DNA of 64,000 bases. Origin: a virus. Positions within the stretch are counted from its first letter, which is position 1. Each line of letters starts with the position of its first letter. A program made the position numbers and the translations under genes. Positions 31,486-41,387 of the stretch are shown piece after piece. The notes beneath the pieces are model-generated. The model was not told the origin of the DNA. It did not search any database and worked only from the letters and a program-made list of their open reading frames with translations. Location of the stretch: positions 1 to 64,000 of the IMG/VR virus record IMGVR_UViG_3300021091_005099. One strand, given 5' to 3'.

Positions 31486-31665
31486 ATGGCCATCACGAAA
31501 CAACAAGTAGCTGACTATATCAACGCAAATTATCAAAGCAGTTTGACTGCTGATGATCTTGTGAAAATTGATCAGGCATTGACACCTGAATTGGCAGCTA
31601 TCTTGATCAAGCTACTGGGAGATGTTAGCTTTTTGGTGCATGTAAGGGACAACGAAAGCAATTAA
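31486..31665 (+). CDS. Small hypothetical protein (59 aa, MAITKQQVADYINANY...RDNESN), not in the ORF track
   Basis: Strong SD TAAGGAG; fills the gap between 31466 and 31670. Confidence 0.75.
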   Translation: MAITKQQVADYINANYQSSLTADDLVKIDQALTPELAAILIKLLGDVSFLVHVRDNESN

Positions 31666-31669
31666 AAAT

Positions 31670-33283
31670 ATGTCTTACACCATAAACAAGACCGACGGGA
31701 CCAAACTAGTTGTGCTGAAGGATGGCACAGTCAATATCACAAGCACCGATATCGCATTGTTTGGCAGAGGCTATGCGGGTTTTGGTGAAAGGCTTAATGA
31801 AAACTTTGTAAAGGTATTAGAAAATTTTGCCAACACGACACCACCTCCGAGAAAAATCAAAGGACAGCTCTGGTATGACGCACTGACCAATCAAATCAAA
31901 GTTTGGAACGGAAAAACATTCAAACCCGTGGGCAGCAGCACAGTGGGTGCGACCAGACCCACCAACATCAATGCTGGAGACATGTGGTTCGACACAGGCA
32001 ATGGTCAGTTGTATGTGTATTCGGGAACGGGATGGCAGCTGATCGGACCAACCACAGTGTCGGGAACTGGAGTCACCCAGGTGGTCCCAGACAGTGTGCG
32101 TGACAACGTGGGAGTTTTTAAATCTTTTTTAAAATTATTAGTTGACGATCAAATCGTAGCCATAGTTGCTAGGGAACAGTTCACTCCACTGACCGCAATC
32201 ACGGGATTCACCACAATCCAAAAAGGCATAACCATGAACTCCACCAGCATAGCGGGAGCCAAATTCGTTGGAACCGCAACCAATTCAGAACTGTTTGGTG
32301 GATTATCAGTCAATGATTTTTTAAAATCCAGCGAAGCAGAAACCACGAACTATCAATTTACCGTAGCTTCTGATGACGGCTTGCTGGTAGGAAATAGCTC
32401 AGATGCATTGTTGGGAATCACAGGCGGCAACAACGTGCTTTTAAAAAATAACACTGTTGGTGGAAACATATTATTCAAAGTGAATAAGAGCGGTGATGAT
32501 GTCACTGCGATGTCCATAAGCGGATTGACTGGCCATGTCAGCGTGCCTAACCTCACAGTGGCTGGCACACTGACAGTCACAGGAACTCAGGTGATCTTGG
32601 AGACACAGACACTGTCCATAGAAGACAATATAATAGAATTGAACAGAAATATTTCCACTGCTGCTGCCATGCCAAATTATTCTGGATTGAAAGTAAAAAG
32701 GAGTGATGTTGCAGGTGGCACTAATGAGAATTTATATTGGGTTTGGGATGAAACTTTTGCAGATGACGGCACTACACTTCACGGTAATGCCGGTGGAGCA
32801 TGGACCGCTTTCAGAGATCAAGGTGAGATTGCCTCTCCCATTTTGGTGGACATCAGGGCCAATGTGGTTCATGCGACTTCTACTGCAGCCCAGTATGCTG
32901 ATATAGCAGAGCGTTATGCCACAGACGTGCCGCTGGAATCAGGTGATGTGGTGATATTGGGCGGGTCAAAAGAGATAACAAAATGCAATCAGGAATTGGA
33001 TCACAGAGTTTTTGGGGTAGTGTCTGAAAATCCAGCGTTTTTAATGAACAAGGATGCTGGTAATAACGACAGCCATCCCATGATTGCCCTCAAAGGTAGG
33101 GCCAGGGTGAAGGTTATTGGAAGCGGTATGGCAGGAGATCGCATCGTGTCCAGTCATATTCCTGGTGTTGCCAGGGTGGCTGTGCTTAATGAATGCACTG
33201 CATTTAACGTGCTGGGTAGGCTGCTCAGTGATAAATATAATGCGCTATTAAGTTTAACAGAATGTGTAATAGGAGTCAAATAG
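31670..33283 (+). CDS. Tail fibre protein (paralog 3) with C-terminal intramolecular-chaperone/peptidase-G2-like domain
   Basis: Shared N-terminal anchor domain; C-terminal YADIAERY...GDVV...VFGVVSENPAFLMN...IALKGRARVKV...GDRIVSS. Confidence 0.78.
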   Translation: MSYTINKTDGTKLVVLKDGTVNITSTDIALFGRGYAGFGERLNENFVKVLENFANTTPPPRKIKGQLWYDALTNQIKVWNGKTFKPVGSSTVGATRPTNINAGDMWFDTGNGQLYVYSGTGWQLIGPTTVSGTGVTQVVPDSVRDNVGVFKSFLKLLVDDQIVAIVAREQFTPLTAITGFTTIQKGITMNSTSIAGAKFVGTATNSELFGGLSVNDFLKSSEAETTNYQFTVASDDGLLVGNSSDALLGITGGNNVLLKNNTVGGNILFKVNKSGDDVTAMSISGLTGHVSVPNLTVAGTLTVTGTQVILETQTLSIEDNIIELNRNISTAAAMPNYSGLKVKRSDVAGGTNENLYWVWDETFADDGTTLHGNAGGAWTAFRDQGEIASPILVDIRANVVHATSTAAQYADIAERYATDVPLESGDVVILGGSKEITKCNQELDHRVFGVVSENPAFLMNKDAGNNDSHPMIALKGRARVKVIGSGMAGDRIVSSHIPGVARVAVLNECTAFNVLGRLLSDKYNALLSLTECVIGVK

Positions 33284-33284
33284 T

Positions 33285-34253
33285 ATGAGTTATGTGGCCG
33301 GTGATAAGATACTAGATCAAGAGTATAATAATTTTTTAAACAGTTCAGGTGCAGTTAAAGGAATCAACTACACATTTGGCACAGGAGCCCTTCAACATGG
33401 ATTGGGGCAGACAGAATTGAGTTCAGTAACGGTAGGAGACACTATCACAGCCTCCCAATGGAACTCATTGTTTTCAGCCATGGACAACGTGGCCAATCAT
33501 GCCAATGACACTTTGACATCAACAGAGGCTAAATCAGCAGGAGATGTTATCGCTGTCAAAGCAGCTCTAGAGGCCGACCTAACGACACTGGCAGCATCAG
33601 TGGCGAATGGATGTCCCAATGCCACAGCACTGAGCACGTCAGCAGCTCTGCAAACTTCAGCATCCGGCACCAGATATATAGGATCACACGTAGTGGAACA
33701 TTCTATCACATTCACCAATGCCAATCAGGCACGTTTTTTCTTCAACGCAGGCGGCAAGATACAGATCAACATCACTAGAACCGGCAATGGCGGATCATCA
33801 GCTACATCCAAAGACGACTCAGTGGACCAATTGATCTCAGCACTGGGAGATTTCCGATTGAAATCACAGAATTCCTCAAGATCAGGCACAGGAGAGACAC
33901 TCACTGAGGATGGAACCAACGTTGGTTTCTACGAACTGACAACATCATATCAGACCATTATAGAATTAACACAAGATTCAGGCACATACACCACCATGTT
34001 TTTCAAAGTGGAAGCCAAAGCCGATGCAGCAGCAGGTTCCGCCTCTGTGGTGACCATCAGGACTTCTATAGTGGATCCAGATTCAGGTGATAGCGAATTC
34101 ACCGCTGGTAACACATCAGGTGTGGATCAATATGCCAACTTCATTGGCACAACCAACGTGGTACTGAAGACTGTGAATCCAACCACAGCAGAAGGTCTTG
34201 CCACGGTGTACACGCCAGACTCCACTGCAGTAGTATCAAATACCACGACATAA
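33285..34253 (+). CDS. Virion structural protein (tail-associated)
   Basis: Thr/Ser/Ala-rich; GDTITASQWNSL and ARFFFNAGGKI motifs; end of the tail module. Confidence 0.6.
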   Translation: MSYVAGDKILDQEYNNFLNSSGAVKGINYTFGTGALQHGLGQTELSSVTVGDTITASQWNSLFSAMDNVANHANDTLTSTEAKSAGDVIAVKAALEADLTTLAASVANGCPNATALSTSAALQTSASGTRYIGSHVVEHSITFTNANQARFFFNAGGKIQINITRTGNGGSSATSKDDSVDQLISALGDFRLKSQNSSRSGTGETLTEDGTNVGFYELTTSYQTIIELTQDSGTYTTMFFKVEAKADAAAGSASVVTIRTSIVDPDSGDSEFTAGNTSGVDQYANFIGTTNVVLKTVNPTTAEGLATVYTPDSTAVVSNTTT

Positions 34254-34268
34254 AAACTTTTTACCAGC

Positions 34269-34297
34269 TTGATTTTTTCCATAATTAGCTGTACAAT
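34269..34297 (+). promoter_or_regulatory. Sigma70-type promoter TTGATT-N17-TACAAT (probably leaderless) heading the glycan/radical SAM operon
   Basis: ttgatt ttttccataattagctg tacaat acagat ATG; near-identical to the promoter at 56467-56495. Confidence 0.65.
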
Positions 34298-34303
34298 ACA
34301 GAT

Positions 34304-34618
34304 ATGGATATTAAATCTTTGCGTGACCGATCTGACCTCAGCTTTGATATCGCTGTTGCCAAGAAGAATGCACTGGAACGAGCAAAATCTCGTCAGATCG
34401 TAGCATACAACAATCATCTTTTTCATGCTGACGCCGACACCATTAATATTGTCAGTGTATTAAAACAACAGCACGACAGATTTTTCATACTGGATACCAA
34501 TGATAATCCTTGCGAGATCACTGATCCACAAGGATTCTTAGATGTCTTGATACAGCGCAATCAAGAAGCACTCAATGAATATCATCAGTTGCACCAGCGA
34601 TTGAAGAAAAAAATATAA
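34304..34618 (+). CDS. Hypothetical protein
   Basis: 104-aa ORF, first gene after the promoter. Confidence 0.65.
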   Translation: MDIKSLRDRSDLSFDIAVAKKNALERAKSRQIVAYNNHLFHADADTINIVSVLKQQHDRFFILDTNDNPCEITDPQGFLDVLIQRNQEALNEYHQLHQRLKKKI

Positions 34619-34620
34619 AA

Positions 34621-35379
34621 ATGTCAGTGGGAGCATTAATCTACTGTTTCGATTCGGATCAATTGCAATATCATCGCGTTGCTAATTTTTGCATACGTCA
34701 GGTCAAAAGAAATCTAGGGCTGCCTGTCACAGTGGTGACCAATGAGGCCACGAGAAAAAACATACAGGAAGCAGATCGATTAGTACTTGTGGAAAATGCC
34801 CGAGGCAATAAGCGTTATTACAAGAACAGACCCATCCCATGGTACAATCTAGAGAGGGCCATGGCCTATGATCATTCTCCGTATGATACCACCATACTTT
34901 TGGACGCTGATTATTTTGTCTATACCGGCAACTTATTATCATTCACTAACAGCAAATATGATTTTGTGTTGCATGATCGTGTGCATGATCTCACCAACAG
35001 GGGGAGTTTCCTCTATGAGACAAAGAGCATGATACCCTTGGTATGGGCCACAGTGACTATCTTCAAGAAAACTTCCTTCTCCAGGAAAATTTTTGATCTG
35101 ATACAGCACATACAGCAGCATTATGATTATTTCTGTAACCTGTACAGGATAGAGTTTCGTAATTTTAGGAATGATTACGCCTTTGCAATGGCGTTGCATC
35201 AGCTGAACGGATTCACAAAACAGTATTTCATACCATCCGCCATGGCCATGTTGCCCATGGACACGCAAATTTTAAAGATAGACGAGACGGGATTGATATT
35301 CAAACACGACAAATATATGAATTTGATCTCGGATCAGGATGTGCATGTGCTTAACAAGGAGATACCTTTCAATGTCTAA
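34621..35379 (+). CDS. Glycosyltransferase-like protein (GT8-like)
   Basis: AYDHSPYDTTILLDADYF (DxD); WATV; RNDYAFAMA. Confidence 0.7.
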   Translation: MSVGALIYCFDSDQLQYHRVANFCIRQVKRNLGLPVTVVTNEATRKNIQEADRLVLVENARGNKRYYKNRPIPWYNLERAMAYDHSPYDTTILLDADYFVYTGNLLSFTNSKYDFVLHDRVHDLTNRGSFLYETKSMIPLVWATVTIFKKTSFSRKIFDLIQHIQQHYDYFCNLYRIEFRNFRNDYAFAMALHQLNGFTKQYFIPSAMAMLPMDTQILKIDETGLIFKHDKYMNLISDQDVHVLNKEIPFNV

Positions 35380-36178
35380 GGGTTTTCTCTGGTTCGCCCA
35401 GAACAATGACAGCACAGATTATGCCAAACTGAGTGTCGCCCTGGCAAGATCAATCAAGAAAAATTGCAAGATTAATAATGTTTGCGTGATTGTGGACGAG
35501 CATACAAAGATACAGAGCGAATATGTGGACTCGGTGATTGTTTTGAAACAGGATCACAGCCAAGATCAATCATTGAAATTTGCCAACGAACACAAAGCAT
35601 TCAAACTATCACCATTCACCCATACCATAAAATTAGAAGCAGACATGCTGTTCACGCACAATGTCGACTGGTGGTGGAATCATCTGTGTCAGCATGACCT
35701 TGTGTTTGCCGTGAACTGTAGGAACTATCAAGACCAGATAATTAAAAAAACTCCTTATAGGAAATTGTTCCATCAAAATAATCTACCAGATGTTTACAAC
35801 GGACTGACCTATTTTAGGCGCAGTGAAAGAGCCATGCAATTTTTTAAATTGTGCAAAGCCATTACTGATAATTGGACGCAGGTTCAGAATGGGCTATTAA
35901 TAAATTGCCATGAGCAATATCCCTCAACGGACATTGTGTATTCCCTCGCCTACAGGATCATGGATCCTCTCCAAATGCACTTGATAGATTATCCGTGGTT
36001 TAAATTCATACATGGCAAGCCTGAAATAAATGGTGTGGCGAATGCTGTAGATCAATACAATTATCTCAATCCAGTTTTCATGGATGACAGAATGTATGTG
36101 GGAGGACGTAGGTTCGACCGCATTTGGCATTACCATGATAAAAAAATGATAGATATTTTTCATGACAGAATTTTTTAA
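35372..36178 (+). CDS. Glycosyltransferase-like protein (GT8-like paralog, ExD motif)
   Basis: DYAKLSVALARSIK...AFKLSPFTHTIKLEADML...YNGLTYF; start refined to MSKGF. Confidence 0.68.
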   Translation: MSKGFLWFAQNNDSTDYAKLSVALARSIKKNCKINNVCVIVDEHTKIQSEYVDSVIVLKQDHSQDQSLKFANEHKAFKLSPFTHTIKLEADMLFTHNVDWWWNHLCQHDLVFAVNCRNYQDQIIKKTPYRKLFHQNNLPDVYNGLTYFRRSERAMQFFKLCKAITDNWTQVQNGLLINCHEQYPSTDIVYSLAYRIMDPLQMHLIDYPWFKFIHGKPEINGVANAVDQYNYLNPVFMDDRMYVGGRRFDRIWHYHDKKMIDIFHDRIF

Positions 36179-36500
36179 AGCATTAGATAGTTTCAAATCT
36201 GCACCGCCCGATAATAATTTCTATATGGAAGTTATCGAAACAGAGATAGTGTGTCTGCGTAGAGAAGCCAACAACAACACTGTGAAAATTACGCAGGAGC
36301 AATATAAGTTTCTGTTAGAGAATGGCATCAATAATTTTATCTATGATGGTTCTATAGGAAAGAAACATAAAAAAAGAACTCACAGAATATTTTCCTTGCT
36401 GCGTAAAGACGAAAGAGGGTATAATCTTGAACGTAATGATCCCTATTGGCCTATCGAGGTAGTGGAAGGAGGTTACACATGGCGTACACCGTCAGAATAA
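36162..36500 (+). CDS. Hypothetical protein
   Basis: 112-aa ORF overlapping both neighbours in operon fashion. Confidence 0.6.
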   Translation: MTEFFKALDSFKSAPPDNNFYMEVIETEIVCLRREANNNTVKITQEQYKFLLENGINNFIYDGSIGKKHKKRTHRIFSLLRKDERGYNLERNDPYWPIEVVEGGYTWRTPSE

Positions 36501-37375
36501 GTGACCTTGACTTTGTTTTCATCAGCTATCGCGAGCCCAACGCCGACGAGAACTACGCTGACCTGTTGAACATAGTGCCCTGGGCCAAGCGGGTGCATGG
36601 CGTTAAAGGATTTGACAACGCACACAAGGCCGCAGCCGAATGTGCAGAAACAGATTTTTTCATCAGCATAGATGGTGACAACAGGATAGATTCTACCTTT
36701 CTGTTGCAGACATTGGACTGGAGCAAGACCAATCCCGCTGCCGTGCATCGCTGGAGGGCGAGAAACATAATCAACGGACTAGTGTATGGCAATGGTGGAC
36801 TGGTCGGATGGCCAAAGAAGACATGCCTAGGCATGAAAACACATGAGAATGCAGTGGATGAGCGATCCAAGATAGATTTCTGCTGGACCGTGCCACACGA
36901 GAACCTGCACAATGTTTATTCAACAACACACATCAATCACACACCAGAACAGGCCTTCATAGCAGGATACAGGGAAGGGGTAAAAATGAGCCTAGATCGA
37001 GGACAGAAAGTTAATCCCAACGGCTTCATGGAGACAATAGAAACTGTAAATTTGAAAACTTTATTGATATGGATGAGCATCGGACAAGATGTGGACAATG
37101 GCAAGTGGGCGATGCTGGGTGCTAGATGTGGTTGCTACATGGCCACATTGGATACCAACTATGACATCACGTTGGTAAGAGATTTAGAATTTATGAGCGA
37201 CAAGTTTTCTCGCATGATGTATGATATAGAATCTGATATGGCGTCATACGGAAACTCTTTGAGACAGCGCTTGGGGCTGCCTTTGGCGGACCTCGATGCG
37301 GCAGAGAGCAAATTCTATAAGTTCTGCCAACAACCACACAGGAACAAGGGAGTGCAAGATCGTGAAAGCAAGTGA
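36479..37375 (+). CDS. Glycosyltransferase-like protein (GT-A/GT2-like)
   Basis: DFVFISYREPNADENY...RVHGVKGFDNAHKAAA...FISIDGDN (DxD)...NGLVYGNGG; start refined to ATG 36479 after GGAGG. Confidence 0.68.
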   Translation: MAYTVRISDLDFVFISYREPNADENYADLLNIVPWAKRVHGVKGFDNAHKAAAECAETDFFISIDGDNRIDSTFLLQTLDWSKTNPAAVHRWRARNIINGLVYGNGGLVGWPKKTCLGMKTHENAVDERSKIDFCWTVPHENLHNVYSTTHINHTPEQAFIAGYREGVKMSLDRGQKVNPNGFMETIETVNLKTLLIWMSIGQDVDNGKWAMLGARCGCYMATLDTNYDITLVRDLEFMSDKFSRMMYDIESDMASYGNSLRQRLGLPLADLDAAESKFYKFCQQPHRNKGVQDRESK

Positions 37376-38741
37376 TTACAAACACAATGCTGATAAGGCA
37401 CAGAAGAAACTAGATAAAATTAGCCCAAGTTTCTGTCTAGCCAAATGGAATCAGGTGTCACTGCACCTGCCCACGGGACTGACCAATTCCTGCTACCATC
37501 CACCACTCCACGAAATAGATAGAGCAGCGTTGGCTCACAATCCTTCTGCTCTGCACAACACCGCACAGAAGATCTCAGAGAGACGAAAGATGATGGAGGG
37601 GCAAAGGCCCGAAGGATGTTCCTATTGCTGGAATATTGAAGACACCGGGGAGATGAGTGATCGTCATTATCGTAGTGGAGAACCCTGGGCCATGCAGGAT
37701 TTCGAAAAGATAACACAGAACCCCTTCAACCCTGCGCACACACCTTCATATGTGGAAGTCAACTTCAACAATGCCTGCAACTTTAAATGCAGCTATTGTT
37801 CCCCTCAGTTCAGCACCACGTGGGGCAAAGAGATAGATATCTATGGAGAATATCCAACCGAGCCCGCACACAACGCACCCGAACACTTCATGGGGCGCAG
37901 GAAACCAATACCCAACAGAGAAAATAATCCCTACGTGGAGGCGTTCTGGCGCTGGTGGCCGGAACTATACAAGAATTTAAAACATTTCCGCATGACCGGT
38001 GGTGAACCCATGATGGACAGCAACACATATCGGGTGTTTGATTACATTATCAATCATCCCAAACCCGATCTACATCTCAATGTGACATCCAACATGTGTC
38101 CACCCAGAGACAAATTAAAGGATCAATACTTTGACGCTGTCAAGAGGATGTGCCTGGATGGGAGCATCGAGCACTTCATGCAGTTTGTGTCCGTGGATGC
38201 TCATGGATCTCGTGCCAACTACATACGACACGGCATGAATTACAATCAATTGATGGACAATGTGGATGAATTCCTCACACGCATACCTGGCCGTAACAGC
38301 GTGAGTTTCATTATAACTTACAACAATCTCAGTGTGACGTCCCTGGACAAATTGCTAATAAATATTCGTCAATTGAGGCAGAAACATTCCACAACCTATC
38401 AAAGGATATGGTTTGACATACCTTTGCTGCGCCAGCCGGCGTGGCAGCAGATCACTTTGCTTCCGCAAAGTTATCAGCGGATACATGAGCAAAACATTGA
38501 ATATATGAGACAGCATCAAGAGAACACAGAACAGGACAACAAAGATTTTGCTGTGTTCAAGGACTTTGAGATACAAAAGATGCTGCGCAATCTCGCTTAC
38601 TGGCGCAAGCACGCTGAAATAGACAAAGCGCAGAAAAAGAATTTTTACGCATTCTTCTCGGAGCATGATCGTCGACGAGGCACAAGTTTTGAAAACACGT
38701 TTCCTGAGATGAAGGAATTTTGGCAGGAGTGTAAAAGTTAA
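37362..38741 (+). CDS. Radical SAM protein with N-terminal twitch domain (1)
   Basis: FCLAKW...SCYHPP...GCSYCW; CNFKCSYC; MTGGEP; probable GTG start at 37362. Confidence 0.88.
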   Translation: MKASDYKHNADKAQKKLDKISPSFCLAKWNQVSLHLPTGLTNSCYHPPLHEIDRAALAHNPSALHNTAQKISERRKMMEGQRPEGCSYCWNIEDTGEMSDRHYRSGEPWAMQDFEKITQNPFNPAHTPSYVEVNFNNACNFKCSYCSPQFSTTWGKEIDIYGEYPTEPAHNAPEHFMGRRKPIPNRENNPYVEAFWRWWPELYKNLKHFRMTGGEPMMDSNTYRVFDYIINHPKPDLHLNVTSNMCPPRDKLKDQYFDAVKRMCLDGSIEHFMQFVSVDAHGSRANYIRHGMNYNQLMDNVDEFLTRIPGRNSVSFIITYNNLSVTSLDKLLINIRQLRQKHSTTYQRIWFDIPLLRQPAWQQITLLPQSYQRIHEQNIEYMRQHQENTEQDNKDFAVFKDFEIQKMLRNLAYWRKHAEIDKAQKKNFYAFFSEHDRRRGTSFENTFPEMKEFWQECKS

Positions 38742-38749
38742 GGGATATC

Positions 38750-40105
38750 ATGAACGAGAACGCAGATCTGGAATATCGTAAACAAATACTGGACTTATTG
38801 AGTCCTAGTTTCTGTGGAGCCAAATGGTACAACGCCACCATATGGTTGGGATCCGGCATGACTACCAGTTGCCATCATCCACCTGCACATCAAGTGGATG
38901 TGGAGAAATTACGACACAATCCAAGATTGTTGCACAACACTCCTCAGAAGAAACAAGATCGCGCTAAAATGATTGCCGGCGAGAGGCCCGCGGGCTGCGA
39001 ATACTGCTGGAAGATAGAAGACATGGGCAGAGATGCCGTGAGCGATAGAGTTTACAAAAGCAAAATTTATCCAACGGCAGATCTGGAACGGGCATTCAGC
39101 ACTCCCATCACAGAGGACGTTAATCTTAAAACACTGGAGATTGCTTTCGACAGGACCTGTAATTTCGCCTGTTCCTATTGCAATCCTGCTTTCAGCACCA
39201 CGTGGGTGAGAGATATAAAACAACATGGTCCTTATAAAAATTTGATATCAGATGGTAGGAATCATTTCACTCATCCTCATGATGGTGCGCAATTGTACAA
39301 AGACACAGAGGAAAATCCCTACGTTGAAGCTTTCTTTAGATGGTGGGAAACAGATCTGCACAAGACCTTGGACGAGCTGAGGATCACAGGTGGAGAGCCC
39401 ATGATGAGTCCTTCCTTGTGGAGATTGTTGGATTGGTTTGAAACTCAGGGAGAACGTATCAATCCTAAAATGCGATTGGCCATTAACTCTAACCTAGTGC
39501 CCAAGGCAGAATTGTTTGCAAAGTTCATAGATAAATGTCGGAAAATAAAAAATCTACACATCTATACGTCCAATGAATCCACGTATGCCCATTCGGATTA
39601 TATCAGAGACGGCATGGACTATTCTGGCTGGTATGGCAATTTTGCCAATATCATCAATCAGATCAGACCGGCCGGCCTTCACAACATGTGCACCATTAAT
39701 GCACTGTGTCTTGAATCACTTCCCGAATTCCTAGATGTGATAGTAAGAAATAAATTAGATGCCAAGAGGGTGTATGGGGTCAATGTAAATTTCACCTTGA
39801 ACATACTGAGATTTCCTAGTTTCCAATCTCCATTGGTGTTGCCGGACTATCTACGTTCAGAGTTTCGAGATAACCTATCCCGATGGTTGGATATCAATAT
39901 AAAACATTGCGAGTTAATGGAGGTGTCCCACGTGCAGAGATTGATAGATTATCTAGACGTGGTCAAAACGCCTCATTCAGATGCATTCGATTTGCCAAGA
40001 CTAAGGTCTGACTTCAAAAATTTCTATAAACAATATGATGAGCGAAGAGGCAAAGATTTTGCGAAAACATTCGCAAGGATAGGAGAGTGGTACCGTGGCC
40101 TATGA
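38750..40105 (+). CDS. Radical SAM protein with N-terminal twitch domain (2)
   Basis: FCGAKW...SCHHPP...GCEYCW; CNFACSYC; ITGGEP; close paralog of the previous gene. Confidence 0.9.
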   Translation: MNENADLEYRKQILDLLSPSFCGAKWYNATIWLGSGMTTSCHHPPAHQVDVEKLRHNPRLLHNTPQKKQDRAKMIAGERPAGCEYCWKIEDMGRDAVSDRVYKSKIYPTADLERAFSTPITEDVNLKTLEIAFDRTCNFACSYCNPAFSTTWVRDIKQHGPYKNLISDGRNHFTHPHDGAQLYKDTEENPYVEAFFRWWETDLHKTLDELRITGGEPMMSPSLWRLLDWFETQGERINPKMRLAINSNLVPKAELFAKFIDKCRKIKNLHIYTSNESTYAHSDYIRDGMDYSGWYGNFANIINQIRPAGLHNMCTINALCLESLPEFLDVIVRNKLDAKRVYGVNVNFTLNILRFPSFQSPLVLPDYLRSEFRDNLSRWLDINIKHCELMEVSHVQRLIDYLDVVKTPHSDAFDLPRLRSDFKNFYKQYDERRGKDFAKTFARIGEWYRGL

Positions 40106-41387
40106 GTACGGGGCTAAAGAGCCCGAGAAACTGAAGATAAAAAACATGACTACTCGTCAAAAAGAGTTGTTGTTGGATAGCGACACATTCTGTATGCTGC
40201 CATGGATGCATCTGCACGCCTATCCGGATGGTCGAGCATACCCTTGCTGTTTTGCATTTGATGCCTATCATGTGGGAGATTTGAACAAGCAATCTCTTGC
40301 TGAAGTTTTCAATGGTGATAGGATGAAACAGATGCGCTTGAACATGTTGGATAACAAGCCCTGCAAAGAGTGTGGCAAGTGTTATGATCAAGAGAAGGCA
40401 GGGTTTTTCAGCCTGAGATTGAGCTCCAACAAACATTTTGGACACAACGTGGGGTTAGTGGACACAACAAAATCTGATGGCAGTGCAGATTTTGTGATCA
40501 AATACTGGGACATACGATTCAGCAATCTCTGCAACTTCGCCTGTCGCAGTTGTGGAACATGGTTCAGCTCCAACTGGTATGAAGATCATAAAAAACTTAC
40601 AGGTTCGCCTCCTCCACATGCAAAAATTTTGAAAGTAGGCAGAACAGCAGATGACTTGTGGGAACAGATGTTGTCCCAATTCGATCATGTTGAACAGTTC
40701 TATTTCGCAGGTGGTGAACCTTTGATCATGGAAGAACATTATAGAATACTTAAAGAATTAGATAGAAGAAAGATGTACCATGTGAGACTTGTGTACAATA
40801 CCAACTTCAGCAAACTGAAATTCAAAGATATGGACGTGTTAGAGCTTTGGAACAAATTTGACACAGTGTCGGTAGGAGCCAGCCTGGACGCCGAGGGAGA
40901 AAGGGCAGAATTGATGAGAAAAGGCACAGTGTGGAAAGACATAGTGCAAAATAGAAAAAGGATGTTGGAGATATGTCCCAAAGTGGATTTCTACATCAGT
41001 GCTACAGTGGGATTAATAAATGCTCTACATGTTGTTGATTTTCATAGATCATGGATAGATCAAGGACTGATTAGGCCCATGGATTTTAATTTCAACTTGT
41101 TGCAATGGCCCAAGTGGCAGAGGATGGACAATCTACCAAAAGAATATAAGGAACAGGTGGACAAAAAATACAAGCAACACATAGAATGGCTCAAAGGCAA
41201 GGACCCTCTAACCAGAGCGACCAAGGGTTATCAGAGTGCCCTCAATTGGATGTGGATGAAAGATAACACAAAAAATTTACCGTTGTTCTTTGAACAGACA
41301 AGGAAATATGACACTATTAGACAGGAAAATATAGTAGAGGTGTTTAGTGAGTTAAAAGAATTATTTGACGTACATGAAAAGACTTAA
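40095..41387 (+). CDS. Radical SAM protein with N-terminal twitch domain (3)
   Basis: FCMLPW...YPCC...CKECGKC; CNFACRSC; FAGGEP; YNTN. Confidence 0.9.
   Translation: MAYEYGAKEPEKLKIKNMTTRQKELLLDSDTFCMLPWMHLHAYPDGRAYPCCFAFDAYHVGDLNKQSLAEVFNGDRMKQMRLNMLDNKPCKECGKCYDQEKAGFFSLRLSSNKHFGHNVGLVDTTKSDGSADFVIKYWDIRFSNLCNFACRSCGTWFSSNWYEDHKKLTGSPPPHAKILKVGRTADDLWEQMLSQFDHVEQFYFAGGEPLIMEEHYRILKELDRRKMYHVRLVYNTNFSKLKFKDMDVLELWNKFDTVSVGASLDAEGERAELMRKGTVWKDIVQNRKRMLEICPKVDFYISATVGLINALHVVDFHRSWIDQGLIRPMDFNFNLLQWPKWQRMDNLPKEYKEQVDKKYKQHIEWLKGKDPLTRATKGYQSALNWMWMKDNTKNLPLFFEQTRKYDTIRQENIVEVFSELKELFDVHEKT

Noticed and set aside
1-34253. Bacterial contractile injection system (eCIS/T6SS) or prophage in a bacterial chromosome
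   Set aside because: T4-type RNase H, late-promoter-like motifs, compact phage gene packing and the absence of housekeeping genes indicate a lytic-type phage genome.
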